Sequence record: NC_020079.1
Reading direction: 5' to 3' (one strand)
Length of the DNA stretch: 64,000 nt
DNA from: Escherichia phage phAPEC8
The position numbers and the translations under genes are program-made. The notes below the pieces were generated by a model that searched no databases, had not been told where the DNA came from, and was given only the letters and a program-made list of their open reading frames with translations. Positions 48,372 through 58,039 of this stretch are shown piece after piece. The stretch's first letter is position 1, and each line of letters starts with the position of its first letter.

Positions 48372-48679
48372 TCTTTTCTAGCCCAAGCTACGGCTGCTAC
48401 CAATACATCTCCATGACAAGGTTGAGGTGAGCAGTAGCAAACTAAATCTTTCCCTTCTAACTCTAATAAATCTTCAAGAGTGATCTTACCACAACGAATT
48501 TGCTCCCACAACCACTCTTTATACCTTTGTATGGTTGATCCTCGTGGTTCATCATCTTTTAACTTAAAAGGATTTGCAAACTTAGAGGCTTTTAGTCCCA
48601 TATGTGGCATTGCTCTACCAATATAAACAGCACCCTCTGGGATTGTTTTGCCTAAATGGTAAAAGTTTAATACCTTCAT
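48311..48679 (-). CDS. Conserved phage protein with CxC...CHG motif (DUF4326-like)
   Basis: 122 aa; LVCYCSPQPCHGDVL. Confidence 0.35.
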   Translation of the reverse strand: MKVLNFYHLGKTIPEGAVYIGRAMPHMGLKASKFANPFKLKDDEPRGSTIQRYKEWLWEQIRCGKITLEDLLELEGKDLVCYCSPQPCHGDVLVAAVAWARKEWDKRHPTYVDNYWIWEENF

Positions 48680-48680
48680 A

Positions 48681-49043
48681 TTAACCTAAACACATACGTG
48701 CGATCAGACCTTGGATGAGTTTATCTGCTTCTTCACGATCATAGTCGGTATCTTCTATACCACCATCTTCGTCACGATAAACTTTACCTTCCAGGTACCC
48801 AGCATCGATCAAACCAATAATCAAATCGAACTGCCAGCAAGAGTTACCGAAAGGGCGTTTTCCACTGAAACTATCTTCTTCTTCCCAAAGCGTAGAGAGC
48901 AGTCGTCTGAAATATTCACGCACAGTAACAGTGCCAAGATCATCGTCTTCAAAAACAACATCTAAAGCATCTGGTTCAGCTTTCTCTACAACAGGCACAT
49001 AACGTTGACCATTAATAACAACATCTACAATCGTTTCTCTCAT
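48681..49043 (-). CDS. Hypothetical acidic protein
   Basis: 120 aa ORF. Confidence 0.35.
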   Translation of the reverse strand: MRETIVDVVINGQRYVPVVEKAEPDALDVVFEDDDLGTVTVREYFRRLLSTLWEEEDSFSGKRPFGNSCWQFDLIIGLIDAGYLEGKVYRDEDGGIEDTDYDREEADKLIQGLIARMCLG

Positions 49044-49402
49044 TTTTCCTCCTTCTTGTATTCTAAGAACATGTCAACTTCATAAGCTGTCCGTTCATCA
49101 AATTTACTAGGATCTACTAAAATAAAAAGTTGTTTGTTTATATCTTGAAACTCTTTTACTACAATGTAAAGGTGTTTCTTACACGAGAAGCCTGTTGCTT
49201 GATAAGCATCACCCCAATCATCCACACCTTTTAATGTTTCTACATACTTACATTTTATTTTATCTTTACCGTCTTGGTAAAGTGCTTCACCTCCGAACCA
49301 TGTGAAGAATTTAGTGCGATCTGCCCCAACCTTAAAGCCGTCACGAGCAAAAACACCAGTAGAGGCTAATAACAGCAAGGCAAACAGCACTTTTCTCATC
49401 AC
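49040..49402 (-). CDS. Secreted/periplasmic protein
   Basis: 120 aa; signal peptide MMRKVLFALLLLASTGVFA. Confidence 0.4.
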   Translation of the reverse strand: MMRKVLFALLLLASTGVFARDGFKVGADRTKFFTWFGGEALYQDGKDKIKCKYVETLKGVDDWGDAYQATGFSCKKHLYIVVKEFQDINKQLFILVDPSKFDERTAYEVDMFLEYKKEEK

Positions 49403-49707
49403 ATCTCCTCGTCGGACTTCAAGGCTTTAGAGAATACCACATTAAACATTTCACCGCAACCATTATTAACGTAATACATGATATAATTATCATCTTCGTC
49501 TACAGGCGCACGGTACTCAAGTTCATAACTGTATAGGTTAGAATTACTTGTGCAACCTTGTGGATACCAAAAATAAAGTTCATCACCGGATTCTACCCAT
49601 TTAAGACCCGTCCGATCTTCAAACACCAATGTAGAAGGATTTTCTGAATCTTTCACAGCTTCTTCGTAATACTGATGAACCGTAACTGCTAATGATAATG
49701 TACTCAT
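49399..49707 (-). CDS. Hypothetical protein
   Basis: 102 aa ORF. Confidence 0.35.
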   Translation of the reverse strand: MSTLSLAVTVHQYYEEAVKDSENPSTLVFEDRTGLKWVESGDELYFWYPQGCTSNSNLYSYELEYRAPVDEDDNYIMYYVNNGCGEMFNVVFSKALKSDEEM

Positions 49708-49877
49708 ATAACCTCCTCATAGCCTTTGCAGACAACTAAACGCCAAGTCTTTTTATAGTGCTCTCGGATCTCAAGAGCAGCGTGATAAGATGGAATGTGT
49801 TGTGCTAAAAGCATCCATTCACAGTCCACACCCATACGTCCGTAAAGTGCATACTTGATTACTTTGTTTTTAGTCAC
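49704..49877 (-). CDS. Small hypothetical protein (57 aa, GTG start; not in ORF track)
   Basis: RBS AAGGAG 7 nt before GTG; stop overlaps the next ATG. Confidence 0.25.
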   Translation of the reverse strand: MTKNKVIKYALYGRMGVDCEWMLLAQHIPSYHAALEIREHYKKTWRLVVCKGYEEVI

Positions 49878-49896
49878 AACACTTCTCCTTAGTTAA

Positions 49897-50094
49897 TTAA
49901 ACTTTTTCCCAAGTACCAAAAGCACAGGAAGGATAGATCCCAACTTGAGGGTTTCCGTTATCATCTTTGAAAGTAAAACTGTTGTTGTCTTTATCAAGAA
50001 CTGTAGAATAAATCTTACCAACAGTAACGCAGTTGGAAGCTTGACCCAGTTCAGTGAGAGTAAGACATTTCATTTTCTGTTTCTTTGTAGCCAT
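49897..50094 (-). CDS. Hypothetical protein
   Basis: 65 aa; preceded by TTGACA-N18-TAGAAT promoter (+ coordinates 50125-50154). Confidence 0.35.
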   Translation of the reverse strand: MATKKQKMKCLTLTELGQASNCVTVGKIYSTVLDKDNNSFTFKDDNGNPQVGIYPSCAFGTWEKV

Positions 50095-50176
50095 TTATAA
50101 AATCTCCTTAGTAAGTGAATCTTTATTCTACACAAAGAGCTTTGCACATGTCAAGTAACTCTTTGTCAGATTAGTC

Positions 50177-50446
50177 TTAATGATTAGTGATGTTGATGAC
50201 AATTTTAGTTTCAACCTTAGCCCAACAGTAATCTGCTTCATTAAAACGACTAGTCACAATGTATTCTCCTGCACGAGAACCTGTTAAGCACACTGCACCT
50301 GTATCTGTAGCTAAGTAGTAGTCCCGTTCTTGTTCACTTACTTCTGAATCGTAGTAGTAGAAAACAGACATAGGTTCAATTTCATCTAAACGATATAATT
50401 TTGGAACAGGGGATTTCTCGATAAACTCGATAGAAGTCTTACTCAT
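50177..50446 (-). CDS. Hypothetical protein
   Basis: 89 aa ORF. Confidence 0.35.
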   Translation of the reverse strand: MSKTSIEFIEKSPVPKLYRLDEIEPMSVFYYYDSEVSEQERDYYLATDTGAVCLTGSRAGEYIVTSRFNEADYCWAKVETKIVINITNH

Positions 50447-50679
50447 TTGTTTTCTCCTAGATCTAAACTAATTAAGAAGTCACGAAGGATGATCATTTGT
50501 TCTGTAGACAATGATAATACACCTTCTCCATAAATATCACCAGACCATTCAGCAGTTAGATCTAGTGTACCAGTACCAGGAAACCAATCAACAGTGATCT
50601 GATTACCATTAGAGTCAGGTAGTATTTCACTGACTAACATAACACACTCTCCTATTATTGTTCTTGATCTTACGATCAT
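50443..50679 (-). CDS. Hypothetical protein
   Basis: 78 aa ORF. Confidence 0.35.
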   Translation of the reverse strand: MIVRSRTIIGECVMLVSEILPDSNGNQITVDWFPGTGTLDLTAEWSGDIYGEGVLSLSTEQMIILRDFLISLDLGENK

Positions 50680-50816
50680 CTACCGATAAGAACAAGTACT
50701 TAAATCTCTGTTCTTCGAACATCTAACGATAGAGATTAATTTATTACATAATCTATACTCGCTATCGCTCGACCCTTCGGGGTTAGGGTAGCATATTTTT
50801 TGAAAAAAGTCAACAC

Positions 50817-51134
50817 TTATTTTTTGGTAAGTAGATAAACCAATTGTTCACCTGCTTCTGGTGCATATAGTGCTTTAGTATCGAAGTCAAAGAAGTGAGT
50901 GACTCCTGTTACTTTGGATGCATGAATAGATAATCGTGCAAGCTTAAGCAGATTATCCATTTCCGCAATCTTTGCACGAAATACTGCACGTGTAGCGTCA
51001 AAAGCTGCATGTGGCATATATTTACGATTTAGACTACTACGTTTAAATTTACGATAATCTGCAATGATCTTGTTACGTTCTTTGTTCAAGTGCTTTACCA
51101 GTGCAGTATATACATGTGGTTCTTTGTTAGCCAT
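50817..51134 (-). CDS. Hypothetical basic protein
   Basis: Start set at ATG (MANKEPHVY) behind GAGGAG. Confidence 0.35.
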   Translation of the reverse strand: MANKEPHVYTALVKHLNKERNKIIADYRKFKRSSLNRKYMPHAAFDATRAVFRAKIAEMDNLLKLARLSIHASKVTGVTHFFDFDTKALYAPEAGEQLVYLLTKK

Positions 51135-51339
51135 TGTTAATCTCCTCTTCATATGTTGGTAGTGCATGGTATGCGATCACAGGTGCCAAGTCAAAATAAA
51201 AATGACCATTGATAACAGCTATCGTGCCATTGCGTGTTTTGTTAACTTCACAGAATCCCTTCTTGCCGTTTGCCATGATTACAAGCCACTCTCCGATAGG
51301 AACATCCTCAGTACCAGATACTTTAATCCATCCACTCAC
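51127..51339 (-). CDS. Hypothetical protein
   Basis: 70 aa ORF. Confidence 0.3.
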   Translation of the reverse strand: MSGWIKVSGTEDVPIGEWLVIMANGKKGFCEVNKTRNGTIAVINGHFYFDLAPVIAYHALPTYEEEINNG

Positions 51340-51593
51340 TTTACTTCCCCTTTGTAATCGGACACTATACCAGGTCTTACTTTTGCCTTAAGATGTTTCA
51401 ACTCTGCCATAGGAGTTGCCACTTGTATAGGGTTAACTTCAACCTCGTAGATAGTATACTCATAACCCGCATACTTCCCGATGGAATGCAGGTATTTGAT
51501 AGCATGTTCAGGTGAATCTGCTTCAACATACCCCAAATCTTTTGTAGTGCGGCCTTCACAGTCGCCTTCTGTAGTTACGTGATAAAGTGTCAT
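51336..51593 (-). CDS. Hypothetical protein
   Basis: 85 aa ORF. Confidence 0.35.
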   Translation of the reverse strand: MTLYHVTTEGDCEGRTTKDLGYVEADSPEHAIKYLHSIGKYAGYEYTIYEVEVNPIQVATPMAELKHLKAKVRPGIVSDYKGEVK

Positions 51594-51739
51594 AAAACCT
51601 CCTCATAGTAAGGTAAAGCCTTGATCAGTTGTTCTGAAGTGCCATTTTGCACCCACGTAACACCCTTGTCAAGAGAAACATACCCTTTCTTATTGATAAA
51701 TTTACGGAGACAACCAGTGAACTTGTTTTTGTAGATCAT
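51590..51739 (-). CDS. Small hypothetical protein (49 aa, not in ORF track)
   Basis: ATGA overlaps at both ends (translational coupling); MIYKNKFTGCLRKF... Confidence 0.3.
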   Translation of the reverse strand: MIYKNKFTGCLRKFINKKGYVSLDKGVTWVQNGTSEQLIKALPYYEEVL

Positions 51740-52179
51740 TTCTTCTTTCCTTTCTTTAATTTGTTGTGACCTTTACCCTTATAAAGCTTGTGATTACGAG
51801 TAGACGGGTTATTTTGGTTCTCCAGTCGGCTAACAGGTGTATTCCAAAGGTTTCCTGCTACAAAAGATGCTGCCACAAGTTCTTCCAGGTATACAAAATC
51901 CAAAGCAGGTATCTTTGTTTCCCTCATCTCGCGTTCTACATTAGACAACACGCCTTCTTCCTTACTGTCTTCTTTTTCAATTACAGACCAACCCTCTTCC
52001 TGCCAAGCTTCTCCTCTGAACCAAGTTTCCATGTTATAACCTTGTTCGTCGAGAATAACACCATCTCGCATCTCAAACCATTCGCCACCACAAAAATGGC
52101 GGTGCTCAACACGTCTACCTTCCTTCATTGCTTCTTTAGCTTCGGGCCAAGTCAGTTTGATGTTTTGGATGTTTTGCAT
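51736..52179 (-). CDS. Hypothetical protein with Lys-rich tail
   Basis: 147 aa; first gene of the - strand block. Confidence 0.4.
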   Translation of the reverse strand: MQNIQNIKLTWPEAKEAMKEGRRVEHRHFCGGEWFEMRDGVILDEQGYNMETWFRGEAWQEEGWSVIEKEDSKEEGVLSNVEREMRETKIPALDFVYLEELVAASFVAGNLWNTPVSRLENQNNPSTRNHKLYKGKGHNKLKKGKKK

Positions 52180-52209
52180 TTGTTTTCTCCTTTTGTTTGG
52201 TAGGAGTTG

Positions 52210-52268
52210 ATCTTAACAAGATTAAAAAGTATGTCAATACTTGATCTGAAATTATTTTCAGGTATCAT
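52210..52268. promoter_or_regulatory. Divergent sigma70-like promoter pair at the strand switch
   Basis: - strand TTGACA-N17-TAAGAT (+ coordinates 52210-52238) and + strand TTGATC-N16-TATCAT (52241-52268). Confidence 0.45.
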
Positions 52269-52293
52269 GTATGAACATTAACAAGAGAGGTAG

Positions 52294-52587
52294 ATGATGA
52301 ACATTACTTTAGCAACTAAGAATATTTCTGAAACAATTAACGGTTTTGGTGTGATTGTAGCCTTGCACGGTAACAATGAGAAATGGTTGGCTTCTTTTGA
52401 AGAAGATCGTCAACACAACATTATTTTAGATGCCCCTATAAAAGTTATGCATATCGTTGGTGAAAACAAAGTGCTCACTTCCTCCCGTTCAAAGGAACAA
52501 ATTACAAACGAATTAGTAAAACTGCTTGACAATGTTCTTAACATGTTTGATAATGCGCCCATCGACACAAAACGTGTCTTAATGTGA
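52294..52587 (+). CDS. Hypothetical protein
   Basis: 97 aa ORF. Confidence 0.35.
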   Translation: MMNITLATKNISETINGFGVIVALHGNNEKWLASFEEDRQHNIILDAPIKVMHIVGENKVLTSSRSKEQITNELVKLLDNVLNMFDNAPIDTKRVLM

Positions 52588-52599
52588 AAGGAGAATATA

Positions 52600-53091
52600 A
52601 TGGCTTACCCTGATTACATTGACGAACGTGCTATGGGTTTCTTCCGTAACTTCTTGGTTGGTCGTTCTCACGGAGACAACGGTTCCAGTTATAAAACAAG
52701 CTGGGATAGTCAATGTGGCGCTAAGGCTACCAAAACTTTGAAAATGCCAGGTCGTCCGTTGTGCGCGTATTGTGGTAATGAAGCCTTAGCTCTTCAACCT
52801 TGTATTGAACATGGTGATTATACTATTAAAGGTTACACTTGTGTCTGCAAAGGTGCAATGGACGAGGCGGATTGGGTAAAAGAAAAAGCAGAGATGGAGG
52901 AACGCCATAAACGAGAAGTTTATGAAATGGAAAAACGTATGCCTGTTCCAGATTTGCAAGTTAAGAAAAATATTGTTGCGAAAATGATGGAAAAAGTCCA
53001 GAAAGCAGAGACGGAAGAAGACCTAAACCGTGCACTGGAAAACTTGCGTAATTTTAAAGAAGAAAAAGAGTTGCGCGAGATTATGTGGTAA
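52600..53091 (+). CDS. Cys-rich (zinc-binding) protein with charged helical tail
   Basis: 163 aa; CAYCGN...CIEHGDYTIKGYTCVC. Confidence 0.35.
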   Translation: MAYPDYIDERAMGFFRNFLVGRSHGDNGSSYKTSWDSQCGAKATKTLKMPGRPLCAYCGNEALALQPCIEHGDYTIKGYTCVCKGAMDEADWVKEKAEMEERHKREVYEMEKRMPVPDLQVKKNIVAKMMEKVQKAETEEDLNRALENLRNFKEEKELREIMW

Positions 53092-53128
53092 GGTATACTA
53101 TTTCCATCAATTAAGAGAGGAGAACCAA

Positions 53129-53416
53129 ATGTATTATTCACAAGATGAAGTAGCAAACATTAAACTGGCAGTGGGCGATCTTATTGTGTCACCTAACTAC
53201 TATTGGGATAACACAGATTTGGTTGAAGTAGTAACCTATGTTGGAGTTGAAGGTATTGTGCTCTACACACTAGGTGGAGGTGTTGTTGGGGAAATGGAAC
53301 GTTATACGACAACGAAGAAACTGGTAAGCTCTTATCACATGTTTTTACACCAAGGTTCGGAAGAGTATACAGCTTTCTTGTTGAAATTAGATGCAGATCG
53401 GGAGAAGGCACGATGA
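53129..53416 (+). CDS. Hypothetical protein
   Basis: Start at ATG behind GAGAGGAG (track ORF starts further upstream). Confidence 0.35.
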   Translation: MYYSQDEVANIKLAVGDLIVSPNYYWDNTDLVEVVTYVGVEGIVLYTLGGGVVGEMERYTTTKKLVSSYHMFLHQGSEEYTAFLLKLDADREKAR

Positions 53417-53769
53417 AAATTGTACACGATGAAATTCAAATAGAAGAAAGTGACCTGATGGATTTGGATGCAGCTTTGGGGAAGGTAATCTATGCAGGAA
53501 TTAAAGCCTTCCGTGAGAAGGCAAACAATAGCACGTTTGTCATGATCCCCACTAAACTGATGCGTGTTTTGTATCCAAATAGAAGTGCGCCGTATACAGA
53601 TGAAGAAGAGGAGACAGGTAGAAGAGAGTGGTTAAATATTTTAGAAAAGATGGAGAATGCTTTTATTGATAGTGGTAATCCAGAAATCGTGTATGCTGAA
53701 GATCAAAGGAAGGCACGGTTAGAGGGCCGTCTTTTATTCGCTAGTTATTTTGATAATCTTTGGAGCTAA
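53413..53769 (+). CDS. Hypothetical protein
   Basis: 118 aa ORF. Confidence 0.35.
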   Translation: MKIVHDEIQIEESDLMDLDAALGKVIYAGIKAFREKANNSTFVMIPTKLMRVLYPNRSAPYTDEEEETGRREWLNILEKMENAFIDSGNPEIVYAEDQRKARLEGRLLFASYFDNLWS

Positions 53770-53771
53770 AT

Positions 53772-53948
53772 ATGTCTGAATTCTTCACAATGGCTTTCTT
53801 AGGGATCTATCTGATTATTAGTGCTGTTGGCTTAATCATGTCTCTAATAGAGGAAATGGGAATTAAGTGGAATTGTGTATTCGGTATAGCTCTTATGCTC
53901 ACTCCAGTTTGGATTTACATTTGCAAATCGGTTGAACTAATTGGTTAA
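53772..53948 (+). CDS. Small membrane protein
   Basis: Start at ATG behind GGAG; two hydrophobic helices. Confidence 0.35.
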   Translation: MSEFFTMAFLGIYLIISAVGLIMSLIEEMGIKWNCVFGIALMLTPVWIYICKSVELIG

Positions 53949-53958
53949 TGGAGGTAAT

Positions 53959-54297
53959 ATGTTTAGTAAAGAAATGAGAGAGGTGATCGCTACTCTGGTA
54001 GTTGATCATGGTGTTGAAGTTGAGCGTCACATTTGGAAAGATGAGCCTCCTTTCTTTGATTTGGCATCACGGGCTAAAAGTCACATGTATCTCCTTGAAG
54101 ATGATAAGGATTTTATTCTGCGTATGCGTTATGATCGAGAGTTTAGAATTCCTCTTGACACAGATCCTGATGATGTAATATTGTGGTTGGCAGAGCATTT
54201 CGCATTTAACGCTCTACATGGAAGAAGTTTTGGTAATGAACGTTGGGATACCATTTGTCGTAAACATAATATTGAACCAGAATACGGGAGTATGTAA
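53959..54297 (+). CDS. Hypothetical protein
   Basis: Start at ATG behind GGAGGT. Confidence 0.35.
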   Translation: MFSKEMREVIATLVVDHGVEVERHIWKDEPPFFDLASRAKSHMYLLEDDKDFILRMRYDREFRIPLDTDPDDVILWLAEHFAFNALHGRSFGNERWDTICRKHNIEPEYGSM

Positions 54298-54548
54298 TGT
54301 TAAGCGTTAAGCCTAAGATGATCAGTGAAGACCAGAAAGATTTCATTTACAAGTGTGGACGAATCTGGAGAGAGTATACCAAGGGTAACGAGGTCGTGGT
54401 GGTTACTGAACACGAGATTGAAATCTCTGATCTTTTCGGTGATTATTTGCAAGTGATCAAATTAGGCATTGACAGAGGTTTGGTGCAGGTGTTAACATTA
54501 TCCCAAGTTGAAGCAGAACACTTAGACAAAATCATTGTCGAGTTCTAA
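54297..54548 (+). CDS. Hypothetical protein
   Basis: 83 aa ORF. Confidence 0.35.
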   Translation: MLSVKPKMISEDQKDFIYKCGRIWREYTKGNEVVVVTEHEIEISDLFGDYLQVIKLGIDRGLVQVLTLSQVEAEHLDKIIVEF

Positions 54549-54561
54549 GAGGAGAAAGAAT

Positions 54562-54726
54562 ATGATCTCTTTAGAATCAATAGCTTTTAAGAAAGGGTAT
54601 ACCGCAGGGTTCAAGTTTGGTATGTTTAATAAAGTAAATCCATACTGTCCAATGACACACAAAAAGGAATTCGAAGAATGGGAAGATGGATTTTCTAAAG
54701 GCTACCAGGCAAAGGGTTGGTTGTAA
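54562..54726 (+). CDS. Small hypothetical protein
   Basis: Start at ATG behind GAGGAGA. Confidence 0.3.
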   Translation: MISLESIAFKKGYTAGFKFGMFNKVNPYCPMTHKKEFEEWEDGFSKGYQAKGWL

Positions 54727-54735
54727 GGAGAGAAT

Positions 54736-54900
54736 ATGATTTTAAACTTCATCATCAATTTGTGTTTGACATTGGGACTACTTTGCGCAATAGTATCCCC
54801 TCTGGTTGGTGAATATTGTTCAGAACTGGCGATGTTTATAGTTCTTGGTGTGGCTGTTGCTAACATGTTTGTCGCTGCGATTTGTATGTTGTGGGAATAG
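54736..54900 (+). CDS. Small hydrophobic membrane peptide (54 aa, not in ORF track)
   Basis: RBS AAGGAG; MILNFIINLCLTLGLLCAIVSPLVGEYCSELAMFIVLGVAVANMFVAAICMLWE. Confidence 0.35.
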   Translation: MILNFIINLCLTLGLLCAIVSPLVGEYCSELAMFIVLGVAVANMFVAAICMLWE

Positions 54901-54911
54901 GAGGGAAGTTT

Positions 54912-55268
54912 ATGAAAAAATTAATCTTAGTCACATTGCTGGCTACCGTAAGCTTCACCACTTACGCTCAAAAATTTGTAGCAGTTAAAACGGATATTGG
55001 TAAAGATGTTGTGATCACAGGCAACAAGTTTTACTATACACCTGGAAATGGTGTTCTAGAAGAGTGTAAAGATATTGAGGCATATACAGGAAAAGAAGAT
55101 AACACGGAACGTCCTTTTTATTCGATTATAGCTACTTGCAAAAATGAAATAGTAGCTATTAAACAATACAAAGATGCCCCTGGAGGAGAGTACTTATTAA
55201 TCAAGAATATTAAGAGTGAAAAAACTGCAAAGTTTACAGTAATTATTTTAAAAGGAGAAACGTTCTAA
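54912..55268 (+). CDS. Secreted protein
   Basis: Start at ATG behind GGAGGG; signal peptide MKKLILVTLLATVSFTTYA. Confidence 0.4.
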   Translation: MKKLILVTLLATVSFTTYAQKFVAVKTDIGKDVVITGNKFYYTPGNGVLEECKDIEAYTGKEDNTERPFYSIIATCKNEIVAIKQYKDAPGGEYLLIKNIKSEKTAKFTVIILKGETF

Positions 55269-56407
55269 TGAAATACACTATTTTTGGAGATGTGGCTGTT
55301 GTAAATAAGGAATATGGTGTTGAAGCTAATAAACTTCCTGCTGGAGTTTGGGTTGTCAACTGCGATCCGCACGGTAACTACTCTTTAGTGCGTGGCGAAA
55401 GTTTCTCTCTTCCGAACACTCTTTATGGGGAAACTAAAGACCGCGCCGCACATGTTATTAAAACATTTGCTCGTCGTAGTAAAGAAGGTAAAAATACTGG
55501 GGTGTTACTGACAGGGACAAAGGGCAGTGGTAAGACGATGTTAGCTAAACTGATTAGCATGTCCCTAATGTCCACAGAAGGTTTAGGTATTCCGACCATT
55601 TTGGTTACACAGCCTTACACAGATGCTGGCTTCTTAGAATTTATGAGTAAAATTACAGATCGTGCTGTTGTTTTATTTGACGAATTTGATAAAGTGTACG
55701 CTAAGAAAGAAGATCAGGAAGCACTGTTGACCTTGTTGGATGGAACAGGAAGTGGGAATAAACTTTACATCCTCACTAAAAATAGTGGTTATATCTCGGA
55801 ATATTTTGTAAACCGTCCTAGTCGTATCTACTACAGTTTCAATTACGATAAACTGTCTAGTGAAACTATGTTAGATTACTTGGATAAGAACTTGGTAAAT
55901 AAAAAACACGTAGATAACTTCCAACGTTTATGGGATGTTAGCACAGAGTTGTCTTTCGATGTTATTCAAGGCATTGTAGAAGAATTGAATTTCTATCCAA
56001 AAATGACTTTTAAAGAATGTCTTGAAATGATGGGTATTTCTTTAGGCAATGATGCTAAATGGAATGTGGCTTCTATTGTAGCTAATGGCAAAACCTTGAA
56101 GGTGAATTGGATCAATAACTGGCACGACTTTACCCCTACTAAGTTTTTGTCGGGTGCTTGTTCCTTGAACATCTATCTACAAAGCTTGAAAGATGATGAA
56201 GTGGAAGCAATGGAAACCAATAGTTATGTTATCCTAGACGAAGATGGCGATCCACATATTGATCTATGTGCAACTGCTGATGGTCTAACTTGTGATCTGA
56301 TTGAAGGTGGTAAGATCCTGGTGATGAGCACTACACCAGGAAACACTCTGCGAGTGGTGCTGGAGCCTGTAACACAACGTTCCACTACTTTGGGTAGCGT
56401 ATTCTAA
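55268..56407 (+). CDS. AAA+ family ATPase
   Basis: 379 aa; Walker A LTGTKGSGKT; Walker B VVLFDEFD. Confidence 0.55.
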   Translation: MKYTIFGDVAVVNKEYGVEANKLPAGVWVVNCDPHGNYSLVRGESFSLPNTLYGETKDRAAHVIKTFARRSKEGKNTGVLLTGTKGSGKTMLAKLISMSLMSTEGLGIPTILVTQPYTDAGFLEFMSKITDRAVVLFDEFDKVYAKKEDQEALLTLLDGTGSGNKLYILTKNSGYISEYFVNRPSRIYYSFNYDKLSSETMLDYLDKNLVNKKHVDNFQRLWDVSTELSFDVIQGIVEELNFYPKMTFKECLEMMGISLGNDAKWNVASIVANGKTLKVNWINNWHDFTPTKFLSGACSLNIYLQSLKDDEVEAMETNSYVILDEDGDPHIDLCATADGLTCDLIEGGKILVMSTTPGNTLRVVLEPVTQRSTTLGSVF

Positions 56408-56424
56408 TAAGTTGAGATTCATTA

Positions 56425-56449
56425 AACCCGCTTCGGCGGGTTTTCTCTT
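56425..56449 (+). terminator. Rho-independent terminator
   Basis: AACCCGC-TTCG-GCGGGTT then TTCTCTT. Confidence 0.6.
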
Positions 56450-56482
56450 GTATGGATATCAGATTAATAAGAGGAGCAACAG

Positions 56483-57667
56483 ATGGCAGCACCAAAATCA
56501 TGGGAACAATATAAAGAAGAGTGTCAACCAATAGCAGAGAGTAAGCAAATCCAAATCTTAGGATGGACGGGAGAATGGAAAGGGGTTAATACAAAACTTG
56601 ATTTGTTGTGTCATTGTGGTTATAAATGGGATACTACAAGTATTAACAGTTTTAAACGTGGTGGTGGTTGTCCTATGTGTGCAGGTCAAATTAAAGATTT
56701 AAAAACATACCTTACTGAATGTAAACCAATAGCGGAAGCTAAGGGGATTACCATCATAGGTATCGTAGAACCGTTTAAAGGTGCGCGTACGAAAATGATG
56801 CTACGTTGTAGGTATGGTCATGAATGGAATACATGCAGTTTTGATAGTTTTAAACATGGCAGTGGTTGTCTTATATGTAGGTATGAGAACACAAGGAGGT
56901 CACAAACAATACCAGACGATCAACATATTGCAGATTTCTTTTCTACAGGGAAGTTTAAGGAAGGTACTATTTTCACCAATACGGGGGAACGTAAAGGGTG
57001 TGATCCAATATGGATGGTTCAGTGTCCTGTTTGTTCTCATGATGAATATGTTAAAGCTGGACTATGTGATGGTAAGTTTTATATGACGCGTAGCAATCTT
57101 AAATATGGACACTTACCCTGCCGTTGCTCTGCATCTTATAGGTATACAGCGGAACAGATTACGTATAAAGTAAGAAAGAAAATAGAAAAGAAAGGGTATG
57201 TTTGGATAGGATGGATTACCAAACCATCTTCTATAGGTAAGTTTAAATATGTATGTAAGAGTCATGGGGAACAAAAAGGAACTGCAAACAACCTTTTAAA
57301 CATAGGACAAGGTTGTCCGCAGTGTGCTAACAAAAATCAACAACAAGCCTACATTAATTATATTTACGATGAGCAAGATATTCTCTGTGCACTGAAGTTT
57401 GGTATTGCTAATAATAGTAATCGCCGTATCAAAGAACAAAATAGTCGTAATGTGTTTACTATGAAACAGGGTCAAGTGTGGCACTTCCCTACTGTGAAGC
57501 AATGCAAAGATGCAGAAAAGCGTTGTAAGCGTGTCCTTCACACGGAAGCAGTGAGCAAATATTCTATGCCAGATGGCTACACAGAGACAGTAGAGTTATC
57601 TTGCATGGCCTCAATACAAAACATTTATAAACTTTATGGTGGAATATTACAGGAGGAAACATGTTAG
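56483..57667 (+). CDS. Tandem zinc-ribbon repeat protein, possible nuclease-like C-terminus
   Basis: 394 aa; four ~55 aa repeats each ending in a CxxC knuckle (GCPMCAGQ, GCLICRYE, CPVCSHDE, GCPQCANK); C-terminal YINYIYDEQD...KFGIANNSNRR weakly GIY-YIG-like. Confidence 0.4.
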   Translation: MAAPKSWEQYKEECQPIAESKQIQILGWTGEWKGVNTKLDLLCHCGYKWDTTSINSFKRGGGCPMCAGQIKDLKTYLTECKPIAEAKGITIIGIVEPFKGARTKMMLRCRYGHEWNTCSFDSFKHGSGCLICRYENTRRSQTIPDDQHIADFFSTGKFKEGTIFTNTGERKGCDPIWMVQCPVCSHDEYVKAGLCDGKFYMTRSNLKYGHLPCRCSASYRYTAEQITYKVRKKIEKKGYVWIGWITKPSSIGKFKYVCKSHGEQKGTANNLLNIGQGCPQCANKNQQQAYINYIYDEQDILCALKFGIANNSNRRIKEQNSRNVFTMKQGQVWHFPTVKQCKDAEKRCKRVLHTEAVSKYSMPDGYTETVELSCMASIQNIYKLYGGILQEETC

Positions 57668-58026
57668 TTGACGTTCAAATTATGCGCAACGAAAGGATGG
57701 ATTTCTTTGAAGCAGTAGAGAAACATCTGATCCGATGGGACTATGAATTTGTTCCTGCTGGATGTGGACCAGTAGAGCATTTAGCGGAAGACGATGATGT
57801 ATACATGATCATTCGTCAAGTGTACCAGACAGACCAGTGTGAAGAAACTCCTGAACTAATTTTGTTTGAGTGCAAAGATCTTGCAAAATATTTTGACTAT
57901 GGCGGAAAAGAGGGTCATAATCTCTCCAGATACAATAAACGTCTACTTATCTTAGACTACATGCGGAACAATAAACACAAACTCATCGACGCAGACGCAG
58001 TTTATGGCTACTGGTGGATGGACTAA
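57661..58026 (+). CDS. Hypothetical protein
   Basis: 121 aa ORF. Confidence 0.35.
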   Translation: MLVDVQIMRNERMDFFEAVEKHLIRWDYEFVPAGCGPVEHLAEDDDVYMIIRQVYQTDQCEETPELILFECKDLAKYFDYGGKEGHNLSRYNKRLLILDYMRNNKHKLIDADAVYGYWWMD

Positions 58027-58039
58027 CAAAGGAGAAACT

